Of a stretch of 64,000 nt of DNA, positions 9,958 to 18,989 are shown in pieces (within the stretch, counting starts at the first letter, position 1; every line of letters starts with the position of its first letter). A program made the position numbers and the translations under genes. Source of the stretch: Escherichia phage mio. Below the pieces are notes generated by a model. That model had not been told where the DNA came from. It worked only from the letters and a program-made list of their open reading frames with translations, and did no database searches. The stretch is taken from the sequence record MN850631.1. One strand, 5' to 3'.

Positions 9958-10296
9958 TTAAATCTTGAAAATTTGCTCATTCTGCCACATATCGTAAAAC
10001 TTATCACTTACTTTTGTGACTGAAGAAGTGTGCATACAATTCAGGGAGAACCATGATGATGTATTATCATCCATAAGTGTTTCAAGTTTTTGTGTGATAT
10101 TCACATCCATGTCTGCAACAACGTAATTACCTCGCATCTTGCAAACAATTCTTCCAAACAAGATTGCACTTCTACCTCTTCGGTCATCACAGTACATAAC
10201 TGTGTCCCCGTGCTTAACATCTTGTCCGATACTATCAACACCTAATTTAGCACCTGAGATAATGTCATCATAAGATAGCTTTTTTGCTTTAGACAC
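9958..10296 (-). CDS. hypothetical protein
   Basis: 112-aa ORF. Confidence 0.4.
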   Translation of the reverse strand: MSKAKKLSYDDIISGAKLGVDSIGQDVKHGDTVMYCDDRRGRSAILFGRIVCKMRGNYVVADMDVNITQKLETLMDDNTSSWFSLNCMHTSSVTKVSDKFYDMWQNEQIFKI

Positions 10297-10621
10297 GGTA
10301 TTTCTCCAAGTTTCTTTTTAGATATAACCAACCATAGTCAGTCCTTTCTACACCCATAAAGAGCGGAGCCATCACAACTTTACCGAAAGTATTCCTGTGT
10401 TGGCAGATTTCAAAAGAATACTCTTTCTCAATGTCAATCCCGTATTTGTACAGGACTGCTTTTAAAACTTGTTCATTATCCAGAAGTGTATCTGGAGTCT
10501 CACCATATTTTTCTAGTAACGGGTCATTCATAAACACCGTCATAGAAATATTGTAGTTTGAGAAGTGGCTCTTCTGAGCCACACCCTCTTTATTAATGTT
10601 CTGTGAATCCATTATAACCAA
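10289..10621 (-). CDS. hypothetical protein
   Basis: 110-aa ORF. Confidence 0.4.
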   Translation of the reverse strand: MVIMDSQNINKEGVAQKSHFSNYNISMTVFMNDPLLEKYGETPDTLLDNEQVLKAVLYKYGIDIEKEYSFEICQHRNTFGKVVMAPLFMGVERTDYGWLYLKRNLEKYRV

Positions 10622-11348
10622 CCCCTTTTAACCAGCACTTCAGGTTATTAGCATCATAATTCAGTTTCGGGTATGAGGTTACATGGAACTGCTCACCATC
10701 ATAGTAGACAATATCTGCAATCCATAGTCCATTCTCTTTACAGAAGTCTTTATCTGCTTTAGAGGTAATTGGATTAACTTCTACAAAACCATCTACACCC
10801 AAATCCTTTAAGCTACCTACAATACCTTTGCAGATAACGCATGTCTCAGATACTACCACAAAAAGTTCTTGGCTTTCAAGTTCTACAATGTATTCACCAA
10901 GCTGTACTTTAGGGAGATTTGATTGCTTCATAATCTTCCCATCGGCTGCACGAACAATCGCATACCACTCTTTACCATCAACTACTGACATTCTGATAAT
11001 ACACTCTTGACCAGTACGCTTTTCAATGTCTGCAAGACGTTTTAAAGCTTCTTCATAGTCATCTGTGTACTTCAGGTCATTATTATGGCAAACAGCTTTC
11101 ATAGCACCGTTATGGTCATGTTGTGACAGATAAATTAGACCGTCAAGAACATATTGCAAATCTGCCTGAGCATCCAGTGTCTCAATGGGGTCTTTCTCTT
11201 CAATTGCTTTTACAAGCTCTTTTGCTTCTTCAAGCATACACAGAGACTGGGATTTCAAAGACTCCCAATACTCATCACTGTAAGGTTGCTTTTGGGTGTT
11301 TCCGCAACGAAGATTCCAGTTTTTTACTGATTCTCTTGAGTTAAACAT
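10593..11348 (-). CDS. hypothetical protein, N-terminal region possibly MazG-like NTP pyrophosphohydrolase
   Basis: 251 aa; N-terminal acidic helical segment (LEEAKELVKAIEEKD ... DLQYVLDGLIYL) reminiscent of all-alpha NTP-PPase; weak. Confidence 0.3.
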   Translation of the reverse strand: MFNSRESVKNWNLRCGNTQKQPYSDEYWESLKSQSLCMLEEAKELVKAIEEKDPIETLDAQADLQYVLDGLIYLSQHDHNGAMKAVCHNNDLKYTDDYEEALKRLADIEKRTGQECIIRMSVVDGKEWYAIVRAADGKIMKQSNLPKVQLGEYIVELESQELFVVVSETCVICKGIVGSLKDLGVDGFVEVNPITSKADKDFCKENGLWIADIVYYDGEQFHVTSYPKLNYDANNLKCWLKGVGYNGFTEH

Positions 11349-11587
11349 TTGGACTCCTTAAAAAATCTGTTAACTTTTAGCTCTCGTGTTTCAATATATT
11401 CCAGATGCTCACGTAGCTCTTGACGTTTAAGCATTAGGTGCTGCATTTGTGATTCAACAGCTTCAACTTCTTTAATTATTGACTCTCTGGCATTTGCAAG
11501 AATGCGCTCAAGTTCTTCAATCTTGCTGTCAACTTTTGCTACATGACTCACAGCTTTACTTTTGTTAAACATTTTATTCTCTCTCAA
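11324..11587 (-). CDS. hypothetical coiled-coil protein
   Basis: 87 aa, heptad-like charged sequence. Confidence 0.35.
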   Translation of the reverse strand: MRENKMFNKSKAVSHVAKVDSKIEELERILANARESIIKEVEAVESQMQHLMLKRQELREHLEYIETRELKVNRFFKESKCLTQENQ

Positions 11588-11593
11588 TAGTTA

Positions 11594-12091
11594 TCAAGCA
11601 CAGTTTGCTTTCATTACCTTATGGATTCTTTTTTCAGCATCTTCATAAGTTTCTTTAGTGATAAACTTAATTGCTGCAATGTTGGCATTGTAGAAGAGTC
11701 TGAGCTTCGAGTCAATCCTTTTTGTCATTACATCGAACTTATGTTGAAGGTTTGCTTCACCATAAACTAGACCACCTTTTGTGTAGTAGGTCTGAATAAT
11801 GTAAAAGTCAAAAGACTCCTTTCCAAAGCTTTCAATATCTTTTTTAATATACTCAGAAGAAGTCTCATAAGTCAGCCAATCACTTTCCTTAGTGACTATC
11901 TTCTTCCGAGTCTTACCAGCAACTTTTCTTTTGGTCACACTGTTAAGCTGTTTCTTTCCGATATAGTATTGTCCAGTCTTCTTACAGTGTACTAAATAGA
12001 CAAAGCCAAAATGTTTAGTGGGGTCAACTTCCCCACATAAAGATACCCAATGACCATAGGTGGGGCAATTGCCAAATCCTTTAATCTTCAT
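11594..12091 (-). CDS. GIY-YIG family endonuclease (homing-endonuclease-like)
   Basis: 165 aa; N-terminal FGFVYLVHCKKTGQYYIGKK matches the GIY-(x10)-YIG motif. Confidence 0.6.
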   Translation of the reverse strand: MKIKGFGNCPTYGHWVSLCGEVDPTKHFGFVYLVHCKKTGQYYIGKKQLNSVTKRKVAGKTRKKIVTKESDWLTYETSSEYIKKDIESFGKESFDFYIIQTYYTKGGLVYGEANLQHKFDVMTKRIDSKLRLFYNANIAAIKFITKETYEDAEKRIHKVMKANCA

Positions 12092-13121
12092 TCATACACG
12101 GCTCCCAATTATATTTCTTGAAAGAGAAATTGTCTTTTGGATTTCTCTCTTGATAAGCTAGGAAGAAATGCTGTTCCATTAACTCTAATGGTGTTTTGGT
12201 AACAGTCTGTCCATCCCATGACACATAGGTATAAGAGTCTTTTTTAGCATAGAGTTCATAGATAGCGTCAAGGCAATCTTTGTAGGTCTCTTTACCCTCT
12301 AAAGCATTCATCACAGCTACTTTACCAGCACCTTTTAGGCCGAAGTAGTTGTCTGCGTTATCTCCAGCAACAGCCTGATAACACAAGAATTTAAAACCTA
12401 CACCAACTGTTTTTGCAGATTTTGGTTTTGATTTGATAGGACAATCCCAGATATCACCAACATTATTGTCAGCGATAAAGATTAGTGGTGACTTTTCATA
12501 AGTCATATCAATACAATAAGTCCCTTCAGCTTGTCGAAGGTCTTTGTCAATACTCATAAGAGCAGCTTTCTTACCCATCTTCTCAGCTTTAGCAATTACG
12601 ATTGAATCGGCTTCGAAGCCCCCCTTTAAGAGTTTGAACTCTGGTCTTGACAGAAGATACTCACGACAAGCAACTAAGTGTGTTGGTGTGACAGCATCTT
12701 TACGGTTACCTTGATATTGGTGCTCAAGACCTTTAATGTCTTTATGTTTATGCACACCTTTCTCTGTTAAATAACCTACCCAAGTTCTTTCTTTACCAAC
12801 AACCTTAAGCCATTCCTGAAGCACCTGTTGAGTCGCCATGATAGCTTCTTTTTCACTCTTAGCTTCTTTCCAAGTCTGTCTTTCCCATTCATCTTCATCA
12901 AATGTCAGGCCAAGTTCTTCCACAAGGATTCTCTGGTCTGCTAACCATCTTGCAGCATCTTTCGCATTATCAAATGGTTCAGATTCTTCTGCTGTGAGTT
13001 TATTGACATATTTATATTTTGCTTTCTCAACTACACAAGCACCTTTATAGGCAATACTGTCAGAGTCAATAAAAACATGTGTAACTGAATCGGGAAGTTT
13101 TGTTAATGTGTACTTCTCCAT
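12081..13121 (-). CDS. 5'-3' exonuclease / flap endonuclease (RNase H-like)
   Basis: 346 aa; N-terminal acidic PIN-like VFIDSDSIAY and H3TH-like AGDNADNYFGLKGAGKVAV (compare GDxSDNIPGVxGIG). Confidence 0.55.
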   Translation of the reverse strand: MEKYTLTKLPDSVTHVFIDSDSIAYKGACVVEKAKYKYVNKLTAEESEPFDNAKDAARWLADQRILVEELGLTFDEDEWERQTWKEAKSEKEAIMATQQVLQEWLKVVGKERTWVGYLTEKGVHKHKDIKGLEHQYQGNRKDAVTPTHLVACREYLLSRPEFKLLKGGFEADSIVIAKAEKMGKKAALMSIDKDLRQAEGTYCIDMTYEKSPLIFIADNNVGDIWDCPIKSKPKSAKTVGVGFKFLCYQAVAGDNADNYFGLKGAGKVAVMNALEGKETYKDCLDAIYELYAKKDSYTYVSWDGQTVTKTPLELMEQHFFLAYQERNPKDNFSFKKYNWEPCMNED

Positions 13122-13183
13122 TATGGCTCTCCATATGAAAAAGCCCCATACTGAGTACAGGGCTTTAAAGTAACTTTTAGAGA

Positions 13184-14041
13184 TTAGTCTTCTGTATCGA
13201 AGTCTTCATCTTCTTCGTCATCTGGGTCTGGCAAATCTTCATCATCACCATCATCAGAAGCATTCGAAGGTTTATGGTCTGTTGCATCTTCTTCAGTGAT
13301 TTCACCGTTATCTTCAACACCATCAAGACCAAGCATAGCCAGTTCATCTTCATCCAGTTCAGGTTCACCATTAGCACCGTTACCACCAGTGTAAGGTACA
13401 AGGGTATCAATGATAAACTGTTCCTGAATAGGTTTTGTCAGAACATTGTTCTCAAAAGTGTAGAAGTGAGTAGAAAGAATCACACTACCAAAAGAACCGT
13501 TACCAACTGCGATATCTGGATGAATTACGTCATAGTTCTTGTCATCTTCATGTTTATCAGATGCTTGAGCTTTGATTTTCTTCATCGGCTGCTTAACAGC
13601 TACACGCTTACCATTTACTTCTTCAATCAGCATTACAGGGAATGACTGTTTAGCTGTCCATACAGCACCATCTTTATAAGCTGCTGCACGACTTACTTTC
13701 AAGATGTAGTAAGTGTCTGCTTCAAAAGGTGGTTTACAACCAAACTTCTCTTCGAAGTCATCTGCATCAACTGCTTCAGTAGTAACTTTATCCCAGCCTT
13801 CTGGATTTTTCTTAGACTTAGTAAACTCTTTAAACAGTTTGTTACCGTCTTCTGCCAGAATTGATACGCTGTAGTTACAATCTTTTCCTGGGAATTTCTT
13901 GTCAATGGATTTACCTTTTCCCGGACGTGGTGAAGTGTTCAGGTAATAAAACCACACATCTTTCAGAAGGTAACGCAGAGTTTGACGTTCAGTACCATTG
14001 TACTTCTCTACCGGAGCTTTCATTTTAACAACTTTAGACAT
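13184..14041 (-). CDS. putative single-stranded DNA-binding protein with acidic C-terminal tail
   Basis: 285 aa; extremely acidic C-terminus (DDGDDEDLPDPDDEEDEDFDTED) as in phage SSBs; placement among replication genes. Confidence 0.4.
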   Translation of the reverse strand: MSKVVKMKAPVEKYNGTERQTLRYLLKDVWFYYLNTSPRPGKGKSIDKKFPGKDCNYSVSILAEDGNKLFKEFTKSKKNPEGWDKVTTEAVDADDFEEKFGCKPPFEADTYYILKVSRAAAYKDGAVWTAKQSFPVMLIEEVNGKRVAVKQPMKKIKAQASDKHEDDKNYDVIHPDIAVGNGSFGSVILSTHFYTFENNVLTKPIQEQFIIDTLVPYTGGNGANGEPELDEDELAMLGLDGVEDNGEITEEDATDHKPSNASDDGDDEDLPDPDDEEDEDFDTED

Positions 14042-14259
14042 TATTTAAACCTCTATCTCAATTTATGAAGAGTACCAATTCTAATTTGTTGATACTCTAT
14101 TGTCAAACATTAATTACTGGAAGTTGTGCTTATCTTTAGAAGCTGCTTTACGTGCAGTTTTTCCAGTTCTTACACGCTTCTCTTCATAGTATTTTGCTGG
14201 TTTTCCAGCAGTGGCTTTTAAGGAATCCCCAAAAACTTTTTCAAATGCTTTAGAGTGTT

Positions 14260-14553
14260 TCATGATATTCTCCGATATACTTGATATTCAAACACATTTT
14301 CTTTAATTATAAACAGCCAACTAATATTATGCTGAGGTAGTGCAATGATGACCGTAATCATGCTCTGATGGAAATCTTGTTTTGTCTCAACTTCCCCATC
14401 GCATTTCATGTGGAGCATTCTATAGAACCTATCAATCTTTGTCAAACACTCTTCCTGAAATTTATTTAAACTTTTTTCTTCAAAGAAGGGTGTGAACCCC
14501 TCTCTTTTATAACTATCACTCAGTTTCGAATGGGCAGTCATCTGCATCCTCAC
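14260..14553 (-). CDS. hypothetical protein
   Basis: 97-aa ORF. Confidence 0.3.
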   Translation of the reverse strand: MRMQMTAHSKLSDSYKREGFTPFFEEKSLNKFQEECLTKIDRFYRMLHMKCDGEVETKQDFHQSMITVIIALPQHNISWLFIIKENVFEYQVYRRIS

Positions 14554-16507
14554 TTAATACAGGTGGAATCGTTGAGCTTTGACGCTGCTCTTCAGTATAG
14601 ACTTCACCAGTCTCACGGTCAAATACTTCATCCTCATAATGTGGCAAAGAGTCATCGTAATGGTCTTCAGTTTCACCAATACCAAACTGTTGGCGAATAT
14701 TTTCTGCCGCACCATCAATGTCAACTCCACAACCAGAGGCTTTAATGAGACGTCCTGTATCTGGATTGTACCAAGTATGACCAGCAATACCCGTTGACTT
14801 ACCGTGACGACGACACTTAGTTAACTTGATTTTTGTCAAGTTTTTCTTAACAGGGTCTGGGTCAACCTTGTTACGCATTAACAGAATGTTGTTCATAGAA
14901 ATCTGGAAATACGCACCAGAGCCTTTAATATCCTCTTCAGAGATATCCCCACCTTCAGAGTTAGCCTTCTGACCACCTGCACTCTTACGAACGTGACAGA
15001 CGTTCACCTGTGCATACTGGTAGCGTTTGCAACGACGCAATAGCTCAGATAAAACTTCCTCTTCATCCGTATCTGAACGTGACAGAGCCAACGTAATAGG
15101 GTCAAGAATAATAATCTTGCAGTCTAGACTATTAACAAGATAGTCAACAAACTCCAGCAAGTTATCTTGGTCAATTGCCCCTTGATGGTCTACGATGTGG
15201 ATACGACGGCCTTTAGATAGCTCTGCGTGTGCTTCCTTCAATTCATCCCAATCACGTTCGTCATAAGGAATCTCAGAAATCTGCTTGCTCAGGTGGATTG
15301 CACAGAGCATCTCCATCAACTCTTCATAGGTATCTTCAACAGGAATTACACCAATATTGTAATCGGTATCTTTCCAAGCGGTGTAAATCATTTCACGAGT
15401 GTATGCTGATTTACCCACTGAAGATGGTGCTGCCAGAGTTGTAATCTCACCTAAACCGTAACCACCATAAGTCAGTCTGTTCAAATCTCCGAAAGATTCT
15501 GGGAAAGGAATCAATGGAATCTGACCACGATTCTTCATTGCCTCAAAACCATCTGCGAAGTTCTTGATACCAGCAGGACAGTAACGAGGTGCATTGTAGA
15601 TACGCTGCTTAAATCCTTCCAGAACTGTATCTTTCTCTTTATAGAACTTTGTCCACCACTCGTTAAGGTCTTTTACACCCTCTGGGTACTGGAATAAACG
15701 AACCTTCTCAATAGGTAGGATACCAGCAGCCTCTTTAGTAGCTTTAGCACCTGCTTCATCATTATCAAAGCACAAGTAAATCTCATCAAATGATGTAATG
15801 TACTGATAGTTATCCTTGATAGACTTGATGTTTGCACCTGATGGAACAGATACGTGACAGTAATTCTTACGACGAGACTTGTCCTTAATCGCAAGAGAAG
15901 TCATATAGATTGCTGTCGCACATTCCATCTCACCTTCCCAGATGAATAGACGGTTACCACCTTCTGGAGCAATCCATGAACCGAACATCGCCAGTTCACC
16001 TTTAATGTCTCCAACACCACCTGAGAAGTCTTTTAGCTTACCTCGTAGGTGTTCTTTTGGATGGTCTTCTGGATAGCGATGCCGTACACGGTAGCCAACA
16101 TGTTCTAGCTTACCATCTTCATTACGTTTGTAAGTTGGGTAGAAATGTGCGTCAATTTCACCGTCACTGTCAATGTCAACCTTGATACCCAAACGCTCAA
16201 GGACTTTTGCAGGAATCTTCCTGTCTTTCAAGTCCATTGCTTCTAGGTTTTCTTTTACATCGTCTAAATCCATTCCACGGAAAGTACGGTTTTTATTGTC
16301 TGAACCAGTAGAATAAGTGCTCACGATTTGTCCTTTATCAAAATCCCACTCTGGGAAACCTTTGTTACAACTAAAGCAAGTCATCGAATAAGAATCATCG
16401 TCATGATGATAGATTGAACCAGCATCTGATGAACCACAACGTGGACATGCACAATGACCAATAAACTGACCAGCCTCTTTCAACTTACGACCTTTAGACA
16501 TTAGCAC
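14516..16507 (-). CDS. DNA primase-helicase (T7 gp4-like)
   Basis: 663 aa; N-terminal zinc ribbon CACPRCGSS...CFSCNKGF; central acidic TOPRIM-like region; C-terminal DnaB-type Walker A GEITTLAAPSSVGKSAY. Confidence 0.8.
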   Translation of the reverse strand: MLMSKGRKLKEAGQFIGHCACPRCGSSDAGSIYHHDDDSYSMTCFSCNKGFPEWDFDKGQIVSTYSTGSDNKNRTFRGMDLDDVKENLEAMDLKDRKIPAKVLERLGIKVDIDSDGEIDAHFYPTYKRNEDGKLEHVGYRVRHRYPEDHPKEHLRGKLKDFSGGVGDIKGELAMFGSWIAPEGGNRLFIWEGEMECATAIYMTSLAIKDKSRRKNYCHVSVPSGANIKSIKDNYQYITSFDEIYLCFDNDEAGAKATKEAAGILPIEKVRLFQYPEGVKDLNEWWTKFYKEKDTVLEGFKQRIYNAPRYCPAGIKNFADGFEAMKNRGQIPLIPFPESFGDLNRLTYGGYGLGEITTLAAPSSVGKSAYTREMIYTAWKDTDYNIGVIPVEDTYEELMEMLCAIHLSKQISEIPYDERDWDELKEAHAELSKGRRIHIVDHQGAIDQDNLLEFVDYLVNSLDCKIIILDPITLALSRSDTDEEEVLSELLRRCKRYQYAQVNVCHVRKSAGGQKANSEGGDISEEDIKGSGAYFQISMNNILLMRNKVDPDPVKKNLTKIKLTKCRRHGKSTGIAGHTWYNPDTGRLIKASGCGVDIDGAAENIRQQFGIGETEDHYDDSLPHYEDEVFDRETGEVYTEEQRQSSTIPPVLSEDADDCPFETE

Positions 16508-16694
16508 CTCTTCGTTGTAGTTCTGCTTTTAATCCATTTTCAATCTTGTCAAGTTCATGAATTTCATCTGCAATCTCTTTCCTTCGCGATTCAACTCTCT
16601 TAAGACGTTCAATCATTACCTCATTGGAAAGAGATGAGAGTTCCACTAAACGGTGGTCAATAACTTTAAAATTGTCTTTTACTCTCATCTTCAT
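16494..16694 (-). CDS. hypothetical protein
   Basis: 66-aa ORF. Confidence 0.3.
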   Translation of the reverse strand: MKMRVKDNFKVIDHRLVELSSLSNEVMIERLKRVESRRKEIADEIHELDKIENGLKAELQRRGANV

Positions 16695-16702
16695 TCTCTC
16701 TT

Positions 16703-17446
16703 TTAAATCTTCAGGATAGCTCTTAACTTGCTCTCAAGGTCTGCAAGAGTACCATTATTATGAATAATGTCACGCTCATATTTTGTAGAAATGCCATTTT
16801 CTGAAACATGTGATGAAACTTTGTTCACATTGTCTCTTTTTACTTCAATGGTTTGGTGTGCAAATCTACTCAGCCACTCAGCTTCAGAGTCAAATCTCAA
16901 ATCACTGATTAAAACAACACCTTCTTGATTTCTAAGTGAGCACATTTCATGGAATCTAACCATTCTTTTTTCAAGGTCTTTAGACCAGAACTTGTCGCCC
17001 ATTACTTTACGGACAACTTCAGTACCCCAAATCTGTTGAATTTGTCTTGATGAGAATTTATACTTTTTGCTAAATCCCAGACGTGTCAATAGAGTCGGTT
17101 TAGCAACCTTCTTAAGCTCCATGATTAATCGTCCGGTTAATTCTGACATAAGCTTGAAGTCCATATGGTAACGTTCATCTCTGAAGGTGAACTCCATAGC
17201 TTCCGTAACTTTAAGCATCAGCTCAGGATATGATAAGTCAAAAACCTGCGGAGCCTCTTTAGTTTCACCGTACAGGTCATTCCAAGTCAAGTCAAATATC
17301 TTTGATGCAGATAGTTTAAGGTTGTCTGCAAAGGCCATTACTTCAACATTGTAGCCGTACTCATCCTCTAAGATGTTCTTCACAATAGAACATGAGGTGT
17401 CTTTTCCAGAACGTGCCTTTCCAGTAAATGCGATGATTTTACTCAT
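16703..17446 (-). CDS. deoxynucleoside monophosphate kinase-like P-loop protein
   Basis: 247 aa; N-terminal P-loop IIAFTGKARSGKDT. Confidence 0.55.
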   Translation of the reverse strand: MSKIIAFTGKARSGKDTSCSIVKNILEDEYGYNVEVMAFADNLKLSASKIFDLTWNDLYGETKEAPQVFDLSYPELMLKVTEAMEFTFRDERYHMDFKLMSELTGRLIMELKKVAKPTLLTRLGFSKKYKFSSRQIQQIWGTEVVRKVMGDKFWSKDLEKRMVRFHEMCSLRNQEGVVLISDLRFDSEAEWLSRFAHQTIEVKRDNVNKVSSHVSENGISTKYERDIIHNNGTLADLESKLRAILKI

Positions 17447-17507
17447 TTTATCTCCATTAATTACTAAAAAGCCCCCAACTAAGGAGGCTTGTAAGATTTA
17501 TAAAGAC

Positions 17508-18308
17508 TTAGTGCAGTTGGTCAGCAGACTCTTTTTCAGCCATAGTTGAGAGTTGCTTCACAAAATCATCACCGAAGTTAATGCGCAGTTTCTCTTCAAT
17601 GATTGAAGCACCAATATTCACCAAAACATCATTGATTGCTTGCATACTAACACCACCAGTCATCTCCTCGATGAACTCCATACTCACACCCATCATCTGT
17701 GACAGTTGGATTAGTGCAACGATATTCATCATTGTAGAGATAGCTGGAATCATCAGTGCAACTTTCACCTGAAGTGGTTCGATGTCAGCAACAGAGTCAT
17801 TCTCAACAGCTTCTTCCAAAGACTCTTTAGTTTGCTGGATAATCTCTTTGATTCGTGGGTTTAGCTCTTCTACACCCCAATCAAGTTTTTCATATCGTGA
17901 AAGCTTTTCTTCCATGCGCTTCTCAAGAACAGCCATAACAGCACTCGTTGATGAGATAAGCATATCAATAATGAAATCAGTGTCCTTAGTCAGCAACAGC
18001 TCCTTATCTTCATCTGACATCCTGATATAGTCATTCTTTTGCATTTCATAAAAAATGAACTCAGCAAGAGCATCAACACCAACTGCAATAGATGCTAGAG
18101 CAAGTGTAGTGTCTGTCAACATCATGTTAACCTGTTCTGCAAAAGCACCGTTATCAGACTTATCTTCAGGCAAGTTATAGCTTGCAGGCATAAACTGTTT
18201 TGTGTAGTTGTTCCCACGAAGAATCATAGCCATGCTTTCTACGGCATTGATTAAAAATGCCTCGTCAATACCCTTTTCTTCAAGCATCTTTTCTACATCA
18301 ATATTCAT
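17508..18308 (-). CDS. hypothetical protein
   Basis: 266-aa ORF. Confidence 0.4.
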   Translation of the reverse strand: MNIDVEKMLEEKGIDEAFLINAVESMAMILRGNNYTKQFMPASYNLPEDKSDNGAFAEQVNMMLTDTTLALASIAVGVDALAEFIFYEMQKNDYIRMSDEDKELLLTKDTDFIIDMLISSTSAVMAVLEKRMEEKLSRYEKLDWGVEELNPRIKEIIQQTKESLEEAVENDSVADIEPLQVKVALMIPAISTMMNIVALIQLSQMMGVSMEFIEEMTGGVSMQAINDVLVNIGASIIEEKLRINFGDDFVKQLSTMAEKESADQLH

Positions 18309-18309
18309 A

Positions 18310-18732
18310 TTATTTCTCTCTCAGTTGGTTAAGTTTCTTTCTAGAACATTTTAAGTTTTCAGATGAAGAAAAGTCAAGTGTCTTTTCAGAACGTGGATAG
18401 TAGTGCCTATCCCAAGAAGTTTCAACATCGTTAATCAGTGACGCTAGATTACACAGGTCTGTACCACTTTGCAACTTCTTTTTAAGAGAATCTAGTAAAG
18501 CAACTGTGTCTTTAGCTTTACGTCTAGCTGTAGCAACATCTTTCATATGCTCAAATACAGAGCATTTCAAGTCATCTTCATAGTTTTCAGACAACTCTAT
18601 TTCATGTTGTATATCAACCATTCTCCTGTGATGGTGAGCATATTCCCGTTGAGCAGCAATGTCAAGTTCTTCCAACTTCTGCAAAGCTCTAACAAAGTCA
18701 GCTATGTCTGGGTGAACAAACATTTTCTGCAT
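18310..18732 (-). CDS. hypothetical protein
   Basis: 140-aa ORF, first gene of the minus-strand block. Confidence 0.4.
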   Translation of the reverse strand: MQKMFVHPDIADFVRALQKLEELDIAAQREYAHHHRRMVDIQHEIELSENYEDDLKCSVFEHMKDVATARRKAKDTVALLDSLKKKLQSGTDLCNLASLINDVETSWDRHYYPRSEKTLDFSSSENLKCSRKKLNQLREK

Positions 18733-18906
18733 GTAAGCCTCTTTTAAGTAACTATTAAGTTTTAATCTTTTATCTTAACGTATTCTATACGTTATACTTT
18801 AAAGCTTTTTAAAAGCTATTAAATAATCTTTTAAGAGTTTTAAAGTATCTGTATAGTTAAACTGTTAAGTAACCTTTTAAGTAGAAACCCACTTCGCAAA
18901 GATTAA

Positions 18907-18930
18907 CACCTTGTCAAGTACATTGTCAAC
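18907..18930. promoter_or_regulatory. conserved divergent-region box CACCTTGTCAAGTACATTGTCAAC
   Basis: Nearly identical 24-nt box at 59637-59660; lies between divergently transcribed blocks; followed by TATAAT at 18939-18944. Confidence 0.4.
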
Positions 18931-18989
18931 TTGCTTTTTATAATTTTTTGCAGTAATGTATGAGGTTAATGATTTTAGAGGGAGTAAAA

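Noticed and set aside
13177-13905. ORFs 13177..13410 (minus), 13274..13645 (plus) and 13699..13905 (minus)
   Set aside because: Nested inside or antisense to the 285-aa SSB-like gene in other frames; low-complexity translations.
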